A stretch of 64,000 nucleotides of DNA from Candidatus Latescibacterota bacterium (GCA_965203175.1 OZ241867.1:5120001-5184000); one strand, 5' to 3'. Numbered from the stretch's first letter, positions 18,137-27,940 are shown. Notes: generated by a model from the sequence alone, not told the origin. Made by a program: numbers and translations.

Positions 18137-19360
18137 GTGTCACGACCCCTAAACGCCAAGGAATTCGCCGACGAAATCCAAGCCTTTGCGGATTTTGGCA
18201 AAGAGACGAACATCCTCGACTTTCCCGATCCGGCCGTTTCCATTCCGGTGTACGTCAACGAGTTCTGGACCGCCAAGCAGCGCGCCGCTCACTCGCTCCA
18301 CGAGGTCTCCTATCGCGCCTGTTTCAAGCCGCAATTGCCGAGGTTTTTCATTAGCCGCCTGACGCAACCCGGCGACGCAGTGTACGACCCGTTCATGGGG
18401 CGCGGCACCACCGTCCTCGAAGCAGCGCTGTTGGGCCGCCGCCCCATCGGCTGCGACATAAATCCTCTCAGCGAGCGCCTAGTCCGCCCTCGCCTAGATC
18501 CACCCACATGGAACGAGGTAGAAACGCGCTTGACGGCTCTGGACCTCGATAAATTGAGCGAGGTCTGGGACGATCTCCTCGTCTTTTATCACCCTAGTAC
18601 TCTCCGCCAAATCGTCAACCTGCGCTCTTACCTCCTCACACGCCTCCAAGAAGGGCCACTCGACCGTGTCGATGCGTGGATTCAGATGGTAGCGACCAAC
18701 CGCCTGACCGGGCACTCGCCGGGATTTTTCTCCGTATATACGCTGCCGCCTAATCAGGCGGTGTCCATCGAGTCGCAAAAACGCATCAACCAAAAACGCG
18801 CTCAAGTACCACCTGAACGCGACATAAAGGCCATCATCCTCCGCAAGACGAAATCCTTACTGAGCAAGCTGCAAGCATGCGACTTAAAAACGCTGACGGC
18901 GAATACCCCCCTGCTCATAACCGGCTCGTCCGACAATACCTCCGCCATCGCCAGTGAATCCATCCAACTCGCCGTTACCTCGCCGCCTTTTTTGGACATC
19001 GTCAACTACCAAGCAGACAACTGGCTGCGCTGCTGGTTTAACGGCATTGACGCCAAGGAGGTGGCTATATGGCAATTAAAAAAACCAGCGGACTGGCAAG
19101 CAGCAATGACCCGCACCTTCCGAGAGTTGCACCGGGTCCTCGCAAGCGGGGGCTTTGTTGCCTTTGAGGTGGGCGAGGTCCGCAATGGCAAAATCCTACT
19201 GGAAACCCTCGTCGTGCCCGCGGCTATGGAGGCTGGCCTCAAGCCGCTGATGGTCTTGGTCAACGATCAGATGTTCACCAAGACCGCAAACTGCTGGGGC
19301 GTGGACAACCGAACAAAAGGCACCAACACCAATCGGATCGTCCTGATCGGCAAGCCGTAG
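18137..19360 (+). CDS. Orphan N4/N6 amino-DNA methyltransferase (motif I before motif IV)
   Basis: YRACFKPQLP, DPFMGRGTT and TSPPF motifs; no adjacent restriction nuclease. Confidence 0.88.
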   Translation: MSRPLNAKEFADEIQAFADFGKETNILDFPDPAVSIPVYVNEFWTAKQRAAHSLHEVSYRACFKPQLPRFFISRLTQPGDAVYDPFMGRGTTVLEAALLGRRPIGCDINPLSERLVRPRLDPPTWNEVETRLTALDLDKLSEVWDDLLVFYHPSTLRQIVNLRSYLLTRLQEGPLDRVDAWIQMVATNRLTGHSPGFFSVYTLPPNQAVSIESQKRINQKRAQVPPERDIKAIILRKTKSLLSKLQACDLKTLTANTPLLITGSSDNTSAIASESIQLAVTSPPFLDIVNYQADNWLRCWFNGIDAKEVAIWQLKKPADWQAAMTRTFRELHRVLASGGFVAFEVGEVRNGKILLETLVVPAAMEAGLKPLMVLVNDQMFTKTANCWGVDNRTKGTNTNRIVLIGKP

Positions 19361-19386
19361 AGGGATTGCCCCTAGCCCCCCATCCA

Positions 19387-19484
19387 CCCGCGGAAATCAA
19401 AGGCTTGTCCCTGCGAATAACAGGGATCACTTTGCCGGGAATGCCCAGCGGTTCTTGGCGATGATACGCGTACAGGGCGCCTAG
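19387..19484 (+). pseudogene. Diverged duplicate of the 3' end of the upstream amidohydrolase gene, with a 23-nt hairpin-containing insertion
   Basis: 19387-19398 is identical to 18064-18075; 19425-19470 matches 18079-18124 at 43/46 nt; reads DHFAGNAQRFLAMIRVQGA*. Confidence 0.9.
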
Positions 19485-20058
19485 TCCCACACTCAGACAA
19501 TTGAGCGCATTGACACTGTTCAATCGCCCCTCGTGCTTTAGTCCTATAGTGAACAACCGTGCAGTCTTCGAGGGGAAATGTAATGTCACCGACCCTTAAA
19601 AGAGTCGGCTTTACCCTCAGCCGCTCTACCGCCGCCACTCGGCTTGTTGCGAGGGCTGGAGTATTCAGGACCTATTACGACCGCACCAGCGGCTTGGCAC
19701 CAAGAGCGTGGCCCTCTTGGCTGGCCCGCTCGGATACGCGGCCACAGCACAACCTATTCGTGCGTATCCTACCACGCTTGGACTCGCTGGCGTCAAGGTC
19801 TTGCCACCAAACGAAGACGAAGACGGCCCCGAAGGGGTCGCAAGCATGGGGTCTGAAGGTGGTGTGCTCACCTGCAGGTAATTTCAGGATTGAGCTGCAC
19901 CGCGTCCAATTAATTAAGCCTATAGAGTTAGAGGAAAAATCTATGGTAGGGTTCAACCGGCTCAGGGGCCGCCAACGCCTCGTGCATGGCCTGCCCATCC
20001 CCGGTTGAATCGCTAGCCCGCTGCCGACTAAAGATCGGCAGTCTCACGCGAGGTTTTT

Positions 20059-21618
20059 ATGAAATCTGTAGCAAATGTCTTACTGGCTCTGTGCCTGTTG
20101 CATCCGGCCCTGAGCTTGGGCGACGAACGCTCTGACCTTCAGCAGATACAAGATGTAGTACAGTGCTTCTACGAGGCGTGGAACCAGCAGGACTTCGTCG
20201 TCGCCGAAGGCCTGATCGGCGAGAGCGTCGTCGAGCTCGACATGCGCAGTCGCCAAGAGCCGCAGACCTGGCTTTTGCGCAAGGTGCAGTCCCGCGAGGA
20301 GTTCCTCGACGGAATCGTCGTCGAGTGGACCGGCGGCGACGCTTGGGACTACGACCCGGAAATCCACCAGTACATCAAGAAGGCCGAGTTTTTCGACATC
20401 CTCCTGTGGGGCGACCGGGCGATGGCCATCACGCAGGAGCACTTGGTGGGAGTGTCCGGCCCCGTCGGCGACGAGCAGTACAACGCCTGGTTGCTCGACC
20501 GAGCGGACGACGGCTGGAAGATCGCCGGCGTCCTTCACCAAGTACCTGCCGAGGAATACAAGACGGTCTCGGTCGAGCCACGCGGCGAGCAGCTTCGCGT
20601 CCGCATCTTCGTCGATGGCGGCGACGAACTATTCGCAGACAGCGAAGGCCTGTGGGTCGAGCACAGCTACGGTGCCCTGCCCGGGCGGCACGAGGACGGC
20701 GACGGCTTTTCGCCCGTCGAGGTCAATGGGGTGCGCTGGCAACCCATCTGGCAGGGCGACAAGACCCGCAAGGTGTATTTTGCCGACAGGGTCGCATGGC
20801 CTTCCGACGCGCAGTACCACCTAGTCAAACACGAAGCGCGCGACGTCGCGCAGTTGGAAAGGGAGCCTCAAGCGCCCGGCGACACCCTCAGCATCGTCTT
20901 CGCCGACCAAGACAGCGGTGCCGACTGGTACGACGTGGAGGTGCGTTGGGGAGACGAGGCAGCCGACCCGGGCGCAGGGCTGCCCGAGCCAAACCCGCCG
21001 AGCCGCGAGGACTTACTCCTTGAAGTCCTATTCGACGGCGAGATCCGCGACACCAGCCCGCATCAGCGCCCGCTCAAAAACGTCAAAGTAGTGTTCGCCG
21101 AGGACCGCACCGGCGACAAAAACGGTGCCGGTTATTTCGACGGCAAGGCCGTCGTCGATATCGAAGGCTTTTTGCTCGATGGCCCCTTCAGCGTCTCAAT
21201 TTGGGCCAAGTACGACGAGATCGAAACGCGCCCTTACTGGTGGAACAATTGCATCTGGGCGCAGGACGACGGCGGCGGGGTGCGCGTGTTCCAACTCAGT
21301 ACCCGAGGACGGCGAGTCACTTGGCACCGGATGCGCGACGACGACCTCCACGCCAAGCTCCTTTTGCGCCAAGGGCACTGGTACCATTTCGCAGCCGTCT
21401 TCGACGGAGATTACCACCGGCTCTTCGTCAATGGCGTGTTGCAGGAGCAGAAGCAAAGCGCGGTCAAAACCTCGCCCGATCAGCCCATCTACATTGGTGC
21501 GAAAAACCTCGACGAGACGGACTTCTTCTTCACCGGAACTTTAGACGACGCGCGGCTCTACGGCCGCGTGCTGACAACCGCGGAAATCAGTGCCCTGTAC
21601 CAGGGCTTAGCCGAATGA
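20059..21618 (+). CDS. Secreted multidomain protein: SnoaL/NTF2-like N-terminus and C-terminal LamG (ConA-like lectin) domain
   Basis: Signal peptide; FYEAWN...GWKI segment; FSVSIW, WYHFAAVFDG, LFVNG, IYIG and FTGTLDDARLYGRVL. Confidence 0.82.
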   Translation: MKSVANVLLALCLLHPALSLGDERSDLQQIQDVVQCFYEAWNQQDFVVAEGLIGESVVELDMRSRQEPQTWLLRKVQSREEFLDGIVVEWTGGDAWDYDPEIHQYIKKAEFFDILLWGDRAMAITQEHLVGVSGPVGDEQYNAWLLDRADDGWKIAGVLHQVPAEEYKTVSVEPRGEQLRVRIFVDGGDELFADSEGLWVEHSYGALPGRHEDGDGFSPVEVNGVRWQPIWQGDKTRKVYFADRVAWPSDAQYHLVKHEARDVAQLEREPQAPGDTLSIVFADQDSGADWYDVEVRWGDEAADPGAGLPEPNPPSREDLLLEVLFDGEIRDTSPHQRPLKNVKVVFAEDRTGDKNGAGYFDGKAVVDIEGFLLDGPFSVSIWAKYDEIETRPYWWNNCIWAQDDGGGVRVFQLSTRGRRVTWHRMRDDDLHAKLLLRQGHWYHFAAVFDGDYHRLFVNGVLQEQKQSAVKTSPDQPIYIGAKNLDETDFFFTGTLDDARLYGRVLTTAEISALYQGLAE

Positions 21619-23555
21619 ACTTTACAGCGAGAAAGACCCACCTCATGCACAGGATGCAATCGTTAGTCTGCGTGTTATTGATCCTTATCGCCGCCGCAGT
21701 TCAGGGTAGAGAATGGCCCTATTACGCGGCCGACGCCCAGAGCAGCAAATACGCGCCCCTGTCGCAAATTGACGGCGACAACTTCGCCCGTTTGCAGGAG
21801 GTTTGGCGCTACGCGCCCTCGGATAGTGCAATCGCTGCGACCGAGGATATCTGGACCCGGTCGAACAAGGGCACTCCGCTGGTCATCGACGGCGTGCTCT
21901 ACTACGGGTCGCCGTTCAACGTCCTCTGCGCTATCGACCCGACAAGCGGCGAGGAGCTATGGACCTTCGATCCGCAGTCGTGGAAGGATCGGGGCGATTT
22001 CTGGGGCTTTGCGCGCGGCATCGCCTACTGGCAAAGCGGCGACAAGAAGCGCATCTTCTACGGCACCGCTTCCGACCGCCTCTACTCAATCGACATCGAG
22101 ACTGGCCAGCCCGACCCAGAGTTCGGCGCCGGCGGCTTCGTCGATCTAGGCAAGGGGCTGCGCCGCCGCATCGACCGCAGCCGCTACTGCATTACCTCAC
22201 CACCGATCATCTGCCGCGACGTGGTAGTAGTGGGTTCCGGCATCACCGACTGGCACGACCGGCCTCCTGCCAAATATTCCACCCCTGGCGACGTGCGCGG
22301 CTTCGACGCCCATACCGGCGAACAGGTTTGGACCTTCCAGACAGTGCCACAGGAGGGCGAGTACGGCAACGACACTTGGGAAAACGACGCCTATCAGACT
22401 TATGGCCAAGCCAATGTGTGGTCCGCAATGAGCGCCGACGACGAGCTGGGCTACGTGTACCTGCCCGTCAGCAGCACCACCCACAACCACTACGGCGGCG
22501 AGCGCCCCGGTGCCAATCTCTTCAGCCAAACGCTGGTCTGCCTCAAGGCGGCAACCGGCGAGCGCGTCTGGCACTACCAGTTCATCCACCACGGCCTGTG
22601 GAACTACGACCCGCCAGCACCGCCGGTACTAGCCGATGTAGAAGTACAAGGCAAAGCGATCAAGGCCCTAGCTTTGGTGAGCAAACAGGCCTTTTGCTAC
22701 GTATTAGACCGCACGACCGGCGAGCCAGTCTGGCCGATCGACGAGCGCAAGGTTCCCCAGTCGAAAACCCCAGGCGAGCAGAGCTGGCCGACCCAACCCT
22801 TTCCCAGCAAGCCCGCGCCCTACGACCGCCAGGGTCTACAGGAAGACGACCTGATCGACTTTACGCCCGAGCTACGGGAAAAGGCGCTGGCGATCCTGCA
22901 AAAATACGATCACGGCCCGCTATTTACCCCGCCCAGCGAAAAGGGCACGCTGGTATTACCCGGGGGCTTGGGCGGCTCGGACTGGAGCGGAGCGGCGCTG
23001 GTGCCGAAAAAGAACGTGCTCTACGTGCCTTCGCGCACTCGTCCCGACATCGTGCGGCTGGAAAAGGTGGAGGGCCTGCGCACCTTTTCGGACTATGCCT
23101 TCTTCAAGGACGACTCCGAATACGTCGATGGCCTACCGCTGACTAAGCCCCCCTACGGCCGGATCACCGCCATCGACTTGGACACTGGCGAGCACGTCTG
23201 GATGAGTCCGGTGGGCAAAGGACCAATCAACCACAAGGCCCTGCGCGACCTCGACCTGCCCGCTATGGGCTGGTTCCACTACAACTACGTACTCGCCACC
23301 GAGACCGTGCTAGTGGTGGTCTCGCAACGGCCCGGATGGTGGGGAGATGTCAGCGGCGACGCCTTTGTCGAGAATGGGCCTTACCTGCGCGCCTTCGACC
23401 TAGATACGGGCGCAGTGCTGGCCGAGATGGAATTCCCCGGCCAGCCCAACGGCAGTCCCATCAGTTATATGACTGACGGGCGTCAGTATATCGTATTCCC
23501 AATCAACAGCGACGATTGGGTGCCGCAGCTTTTGGCGCTGGCGTTGCCGGAGTGA
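21615..23555 (+). CDS. PQQ-dependent dehydrogenase (quinoprotein glucose dehydrogenase-like, periplasmic), copy 1
   Basis: ATGA overlap with the upstream stop; signal peptide; TPLVIDGVLY, PGDVRGFDA, HHGLWNYD and KPPYGRITAIDL. Confidence 0.92.
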   Translation: MNFTARKTHLMHRMQSLVCVLLILIAAAVQGREWPYYAADAQSSKYAPLSQIDGDNFARLQEVWRYAPSDSAIAATEDIWTRSNKGTPLVIDGVLYYGSPFNVLCAIDPTSGEELWTFDPQSWKDRGDFWGFARGIAYWQSGDKKRIFYGTASDRLYSIDIETGQPDPEFGAGGFVDLGKGLRRRIDRSRYCITSPPIICRDVVVVGSGITDWHDRPPAKYSTPGDVRGFDAHTGEQVWTFQTVPQEGEYGNDTWENDAYQTYGQANVWSAMSADDELGYVYLPVSSTTHNHYGGERPGANLFSQTLVCLKAATGERVWHYQFIHHGLWNYDPPAPPVLADVEVQGKAIKALALVSKQAFCYVLDRTTGEPVWPIDERKVPQSKTPGEQSWPTQPFPSKPAPYDRQGLQEDDLIDFTPELREKALAILQKYDHGPLFTPPSEKGTLVLPGGLGGSDWSGAALVPKKNVLYVPSRTRPDIVRLEKVEGLRTFSDYAFFKDDSEYVDGLPLTKPPYGRITAIDLDTGEHVWMSPVGKGPINHKALRDLDLPAMGWFHYNYVLATETVLVVVSQRPGWWGDVSGDAFVENGPYLRAFDLDTGAVLAEMEFPGQPNGSPISYMTDGRQYIVFPINSDDWVPQLLALALPE

Positions 23556-23701
23556 AGGCTGCTCTAGCTACCTCACTCTGCCGTAGCACAGGACACGGCA
23601 AAAAGGTCGTCGTTTTAGTTTGACCCAAGTTCCAATGCTGCGTACTGTTGAATAGCCATTTACATTCCTAGTCCACTTTTCAATAGAAAGGATGGAAGCC
23701 A

Positions 23702-24022
23702 ATGGGTAAGTACATGTTTCGCTCGACGTACACGCAAGCTGGGCTTGCTGGTCTGCTGAAAGAAGGCGGCACGCGGCGACGGGAGGCATTAACTCAGACC
23801 ATTGAGGGAATGGGTGGCAGTGTGGAAGCGCTTTACTACGCCTTCGGAGAACCGGATCTCTACATAATTGCCGATCTTCCCGACGACGCTACGGCCGCAG
23901 CCGTGTCCATGGTCATCGGCAACGCCGGCGCGCTCGACATTAGCGTTACCGTACTGGTCACGCCGGAAACCATAGACGAGGCCATCGGCAAAAGCGTGCC
24001 CTACCGGCCCCCGGGAGCTTGA
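23702..24022 (+). CDS. GYD domain-containing protein
   Basis: YTQAGLAGL...GGSVEALYYAFGEPDLYIIADLPD...PYRPPG. Confidence 0.88.
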   Translation: MGKYMFRSTYTQAGLAGLLKEGGTRRREALTQTIEGMGGSVEALYYAFGEPDLYIIADLPDDATAAAVSMVIGNAGALDISVTVLVTPETIDEAIGKSVPYRPPGA

Positions 24023-24060
24023 TACGCCGATCACTCCGGCTCGTGCCGTGTGATGTGAAG

Positions 24061-24092
24061 GCTCCGCCGAGTGTTGCTCGACGGAGCTTTTT
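24061..24092 (+). terminator. Rho-independent terminator after the GYD gene
   Basis: GCTCCGCCGAG-tgttg-CTCGACGGAGC followed by TTTTT. Confidence 0.7.
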
Positions 24093-24203
24093 ATTGCATG
24101 ATTACCGCGATCGCTAGCATAAGACGAAATGGGATATTTTACCCTGATTTGAATTATACCCCCTCAGCTAATCACAACTCACCCTCTGCCTTCATATCAT
24201 CCC

Positions 24204-26099
24204 TTGTTAGTCTGCACATTATTGATCTTTGCCGCCGTTGCGGCCCAGGGCGAGGAATGGCCCTATTACGCGGCCGACGCCAAGAGCAGCAAATACGCGC
24301 CGCTGTCGCAGATTGACGGCGACAACTTCGCCCAGTTGCAGGAGGTTTGGCGCTACACGGCCCCCGACAAGGAAATCGCCGAGCGTCATTATATGTGGAC
24401 CGGTACCAACAAGGGCACCCCCCTAATGGTCGATGGCGTGCTCTACTACGGATCGCCTTTCAACATCCTCAGCGCCGTCGATCCGACCAGCGGCGAGGAG
24501 CTGTGGACCTTTGATCCGCAGGTATGGGAAAACTACGAAGGTTTCACGGGTATTCTGCGCGGCATCGCCTACTGGCAAAGCGGCGACAAGAAGCGCATCT
24601 TCTACGCCACCTCCACCGACCGTCTCTACTCAATCGACGTCGAGACTGGCCAGCCCGACCCAGAATTCGGCGCGGGCGGCTTCGCCGATCTAGGCAAGGG
24701 ACTGCGCCGCGACGTCGACCGTAAGCGCTACTGCGTCACCTCGGCACCAATCGTCTGTCGCAATGTAGTGGTAGTGGGTTCCGCCATCGTCGATTGGCAC
24801 GGCCAGTCTCCCCCCAAGTACTCCACCCCCGGCGACGTGCGCGGCTTTGACGCCCACACCGGTGAACAGGTGTGGGTCTTCCAGACAGTGCCACAGGAGG
24901 GCGAGCGCGGCAACGACACTTGGGAAAACGACGCGTGGCAGACCTTTGGCCAAGCCAATGTGTGGGCCGCGATGAGCGCCGATGACGAGCTCGGCTACGT
25001 GTACCTGCCCGTCAGCAGCACCACCCACAACCACTACGGCGGCGAGCGCCCCGGTGCCAACCTCTTCAGCCAGACGCTGGTCTGCCTAAAGGCGGCAACC
25101 GGAGAGCGCGTCTGGCACTACCAACTCATTCACCATGGCCTGTGGAACTACGATCCGCCGGCACCGCCGGTCTTGGCGGATATAAAAATACAAGGCAAAG
25201 CGATCAAAGCCTTGGCCCTAGTGAGTAAACAGGCCTTTTGCTATGTGCTCGACCGCACGACGGGCGAGCCGGTCTGGCCGATCAACGAGCGCGAGGTGCC
25301 CCAATCTAATGTCCCGGGCGAGCAAAGCTGGCCGACCCAGCCCTTCCCCAGCAAGCCCGCGCCCTACGACCGCCAGGGTCTACAGGAAGAAGACCTGATC
25401 GACTTCACGCCCGAGCTGAGAAAAAGGGCGCTGGCGATTCTCGAAAAATACGATCACGGCCCGCTATTTACTCCGCCCAGCGAAAAGGGCACGCTGGTAT
25501 TGCCTGGGGGTTTGGGCGGCGCGGATTGGAGCGGCGCGGCCCTGCTACCAAAAAAGAACGTGCTCTACATACCTTCGCGCACCGACGCCGATATCGTGTG
25601 GCTGGAAAAGGTGAGGAACCCGCGCGCCTTTTCGGCCTACGCATCCTTCAAGGGAAGTTCCGAATACGTCAATGGCCTACCACTGACTAAGCCCCCCTAC
25701 GGCCGAATTACCGCCATCGACTTGGACACCGGCGAGCACGTTTGGATGAGTCCAGTAGGCCAAGGGCCTGTCAACCACAGGGCCCTGCGCGACCTCGACC
25801 TACCCGCTATGGGCTGGTTCCACTACAACTTTATACTCGCCACCGAGACTGTGCTAGTGGTGGTCTCGCAGCAGCCCGATTGGTGGGGCGACCTCGGCGA
25901 CTTTAACTTCGTCGAGCAATCCCCCTATCTGCGCGCCTTCGACCTAGATACGGGCGCAGTGCTGGCCGAGATGGAATTCCCCGGCCAGCCCAACGGCAGT
26001 CCCATTAGCTATATGGCCGACGGGCGTCAGTATATTGTATTTCCAATCAATGACAACCGCGGGGTGCCGCAGCTAGTGGCGCTGGCGTTGCCGGAGTGA
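24204..26099 (+). CDS. PQQ-dependent dehydrogenase, copy 2 (tandem paralog; start codon uncertain)
   Basis: Collinear with and highly similar to 21615-23555; only non-ATG starts after the in-frame stop at 24150. Confidence 0.88.
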   Translation: MLVCTLLIFAAVAAQGEEWPYYAADAKSSKYAPLSQIDGDNFAQLQEVWRYTAPDKEIAERHYMWTGTNKGTPLMVDGVLYYGSPFNILSAVDPTSGEELWTFDPQVWENYEGFTGILRGIAYWQSGDKKRIFYATSTDRLYSIDVETGQPDPEFGAGGFADLGKGLRRDVDRKRYCVTSAPIVCRNVVVVGSAIVDWHGQSPPKYSTPGDVRGFDAHTGEQVWVFQTVPQEGERGNDTWENDAWQTFGQANVWAAMSADDELGYVYLPVSSTTHNHYGGERPGANLFSQTLVCLKAATGERVWHYQLIHHGLWNYDPPAPPVLADIKIQGKAIKALALVSKQAFCYVLDRTTGEPVWPINEREVPQSNVPGEQSWPTQPFPSKPAPYDRQGLQEEDLIDFTPELRKRALAILEKYDHGPLFTPPSEKGTLVLPGGLGGADWSGAALLPKKNVLYIPSRTDADIVWLEKVRNPRAFSAYASFKGSSEYVNGLPLTKPPYGRITAIDLDTGEHVWMSPVGQGPVNHRALRDLDLPAMGWFHYNFILATETVLVVVSQQPDWWGDLGDFNFVEQSPYLRAFDLDTGAVLAEMEFPGQPNGSPISYMADGRQYIVFPINDNRGVPQLVALALPE

Positions 26100-26174
26100 A
26101 GCCGGCTTGTAGTGTTGGCCTGTTAATAGAAATGATGTGTGAGCTTGGTTCCTAAAGGGGCACGGTCAGCTTGC

Positions 26175-26501
26175 TTATGCTCTGATACTAAGTCGGCCCT
26201 GCCGCTGTGAACGAGGCTCGCGGATGACGATTTCCACGTTACGTCCAAGCGCCGTCAACAGACGGAGAAGGCGCTCCACAGAGTACTCTCGAAAACTTCC
26301 CCGCAGAAGACGCGAAACATCAGGTTGGGACAATCCAAGCAACTTCGCCGCTTCGGCCTGCTTGAGTCCGCGCTGGCGAATGATCTTGTCAATGCGGGTG
26401 ACGAGTTCTGCTTTTAACAAGTGAGTCTCGGCGTCAGGATGTCCCAGGTCCGCGAATACGTTTCCGCTGCCGTGTTCGATTTTCATTTTTTTCGTCTTCA
26501 T
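26175..26501 (-). CDS. XRE-family HTH antitoxin (HigA-like)
   Basis: GSGNVFADLG, KAEL, LKQAEAAKLLGLSQPDVSRL and SVERL. Confidence 0.9.
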   Translation of the reverse strand: MKTKKMKIEHGSGNVFADLGHPDAETHLLKAELVTRIDKIIRQRGLKQAEAAKLLGLSQPDVSRLLRGSFREYSVERLLRLLTALGRNVEIVIREPRSQRQGRLSIRA

Positions 26502-26505
26502 TGAT

Positions 26506-26874
26506 CTATCCCTCGCCATAGGTGTTCGCATAGTGCTGCTCTGCTGCCTTCAGCCTGTGCTTGACCAGATCAATCTCCTGCTTCGGTGTCGCAATACCTC
26601 GCTTGGCCTTCTTCTGGAAGGCATGTAGGACATAGACGGCTGCCTTAAAACGGACTGTGTACACCGTCCGATAGGTGTCACCATCTTGGCGTGAGATTAC
26701 CTCCAACACATTGGCACCCAATCCTTTAAGCGGTTTGGTGGTGCGATGTTTGAGTCCAACTTGGGCCTGATACAAAGCAAAGCCGACTTGATCCTGTACG
26801 GCGTCTGGAAACTTCTTCAGGTCTTCTCTACTTGAGCCAACCCATTCAACAGGCTTCAGTATCTCTATGGCCAT
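26506..26874 (-). CDS. RelE/ParE-family type II toxin (Gp49/HigB-like), upstream of its antitoxin
   Basis: WVGSSREDLKKFP, KPLKG, DTYRTVY and YVLHAFQKK. Confidence 0.9.
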   Translation of the reverse strand: MAIEILKPVEWVGSSREDLKKFPDAVQDQVGFALYQAQVGLKHRTTKPLKGLGANVLEVISRQDGDTYRTVYTVRFKAAVYVLHAFQKKAKRGIATPKQEIDLVKHRLKAAEQHYANTYGEG

Positions 26875-26879
26875 ATCTA

Positions 26880-26908
26880 ATTATGGTGGTTTCACCATAA
26901 TCACACAA
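26880..26908 (-). promoter_or_regulatory. Putative TA promoter with overlapping palindromic operator; likely leaderless transcript
   Basis: Minus strand reads TTGTGT-N17-CATAAT-5nt-ATG; inverted repeat ATTATGGTG-gttt-CACCATAAT at 26880-26901. Confidence 0.7.
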
Positions 26909-26931
26909 GCCCCATGTTGACGGCAAGGGCC

Positions 26932-27909
26932 TCAAAGATCCTCGACCTTTTCTACAAATCTTTCGATCGCCTTACCTCCGACAAACTCATCCTTTATATC
27001 AAAGGCATTACCCAACAACTCGGTATAATGATCAATAACACTGCTATCCCGATTGACAATGTATAGCTCCTTCCTACAGCCGCGTACTCCGTCATGGAGG
27101 AACAGGCGAACAGCCAAGTCGGTCATCGGGAGTGAATATCCAATAATGAAGAGCCTAGTTGCCGTGCATAGAGACGACAAGGCTTGAGTCCAAATACGCT
27201 TCAATGACTCGTGCTGGAAAAACCCGACTTTTTCTGTCGTCGGCGGAACGATTAGAGGCACCTTGTCTCTTACCGCCTGCTTTGAGCCACTTTCCCTTGA
27301 AGAATTGGCAACCCATCCTTCAAGAGTGCTGTAGTAAATCACCTCCCCGGTGGATTCAGAAGTACCTGAATAGTACCAGTTAGTTGATCCGTGTAGCTTG
27401 AACAGTGTAAAAGAGTCCACAGGCCTCATCGGGCTTGCGACAGCCACGTTCACTCCGCCCCTTTTAGTAGAGAGTTCGAGTCTCACAGGGTAGATATGTT
27501 CAGCCTTGATCTTGTCAATACTATTAACTGCGACTCGTTCTACCAGAGTGTCATAGTTGAGGCTAATGACCTCAGCCTGATTTTTGTGCCAATGCTGCGT
27601 CAGTGTAAGTAACCAGCTTGGGCATTCGTCCAGGACTGCTAATTGCTCCTTCTCATCAAGAACCTTCTTGATCTCTTCCGTAATATCCAGTGCCAATGCT
27701 CGATTCCTCAAGTTTTCTGATTCACGGAGCCACGGATGAGGTTGGCTAAGGTAAGAAAGCCAGATTTCTATATTGTCGCCGATAGTCGAAAGAGACTCTG
27801 GCAGATCGGAAAGTCTCCCCCGGATCTGGCTACTGAGTTCTTGGAGCAGAGGCATATCATCTGACACGGCCTTTGAAAACCCAGCTCCTAGCAAAAACAC
27901 GTCACCCAT
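26932..27909 (-). CDS. SIR2-like (SIR2_2) domain protein, probable defence NADase
   Basis: VFLLGAGFS, SLNYDTLVE, KLHGS, IVPPT and IIGYSLP; lower GC than flanks. Confidence 0.85.
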   Translation of the reverse strand: MGDVFLLGAGFSKAVSDDMPLLQELSSQIRGRLSDLPESLSTIGDNIEIWLSYLSQPHPWLRESENLRNRALALDITEEIKKVLDEKEQLAVLDECPSWLLTLTQHWHKNQAEVISLNYDTLVERVAVNSIDKIKAEHIYPVRLELSTKRGGVNVAVASPMRPVDSFTLFKLHGSTNWYYSGTSESTGEVIYYSTLEGWVANSSRESGSKQAVRDKVPLIVPPTTEKVGFFQHESLKRIWTQALSSLCTATRLFIIGYSLPMTDLAVRLFLHDGVRGCRKELYIVNRDSSVIDHYTELLGNAFDIKDEFVGGKAIERFVEKVEDL

Positions 27910-27940
27910 CGCGAGACTTCCTTCTCTTGCTTCGAGGGGA

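Noticed and set aside
3838-19360. HsdR_N-like nuclease and DNA methyltransferase as one R-M system
   Set aside because: They are 13 kb apart in separate insertion contexts, with no evidence of linkage
19510-19550. TTGACA...TATAGT promoter
   Set aside because: The 29-nt spacing is incompatible with sigma70
21201-21614. 784-aa version of the PQQ dehydrogenase ORF
   Set aside because: The N-terminal extension overlaps the LamG gene in another frame and is low quality; the signal peptide and ATGA coupling point to 21615 or slightly later
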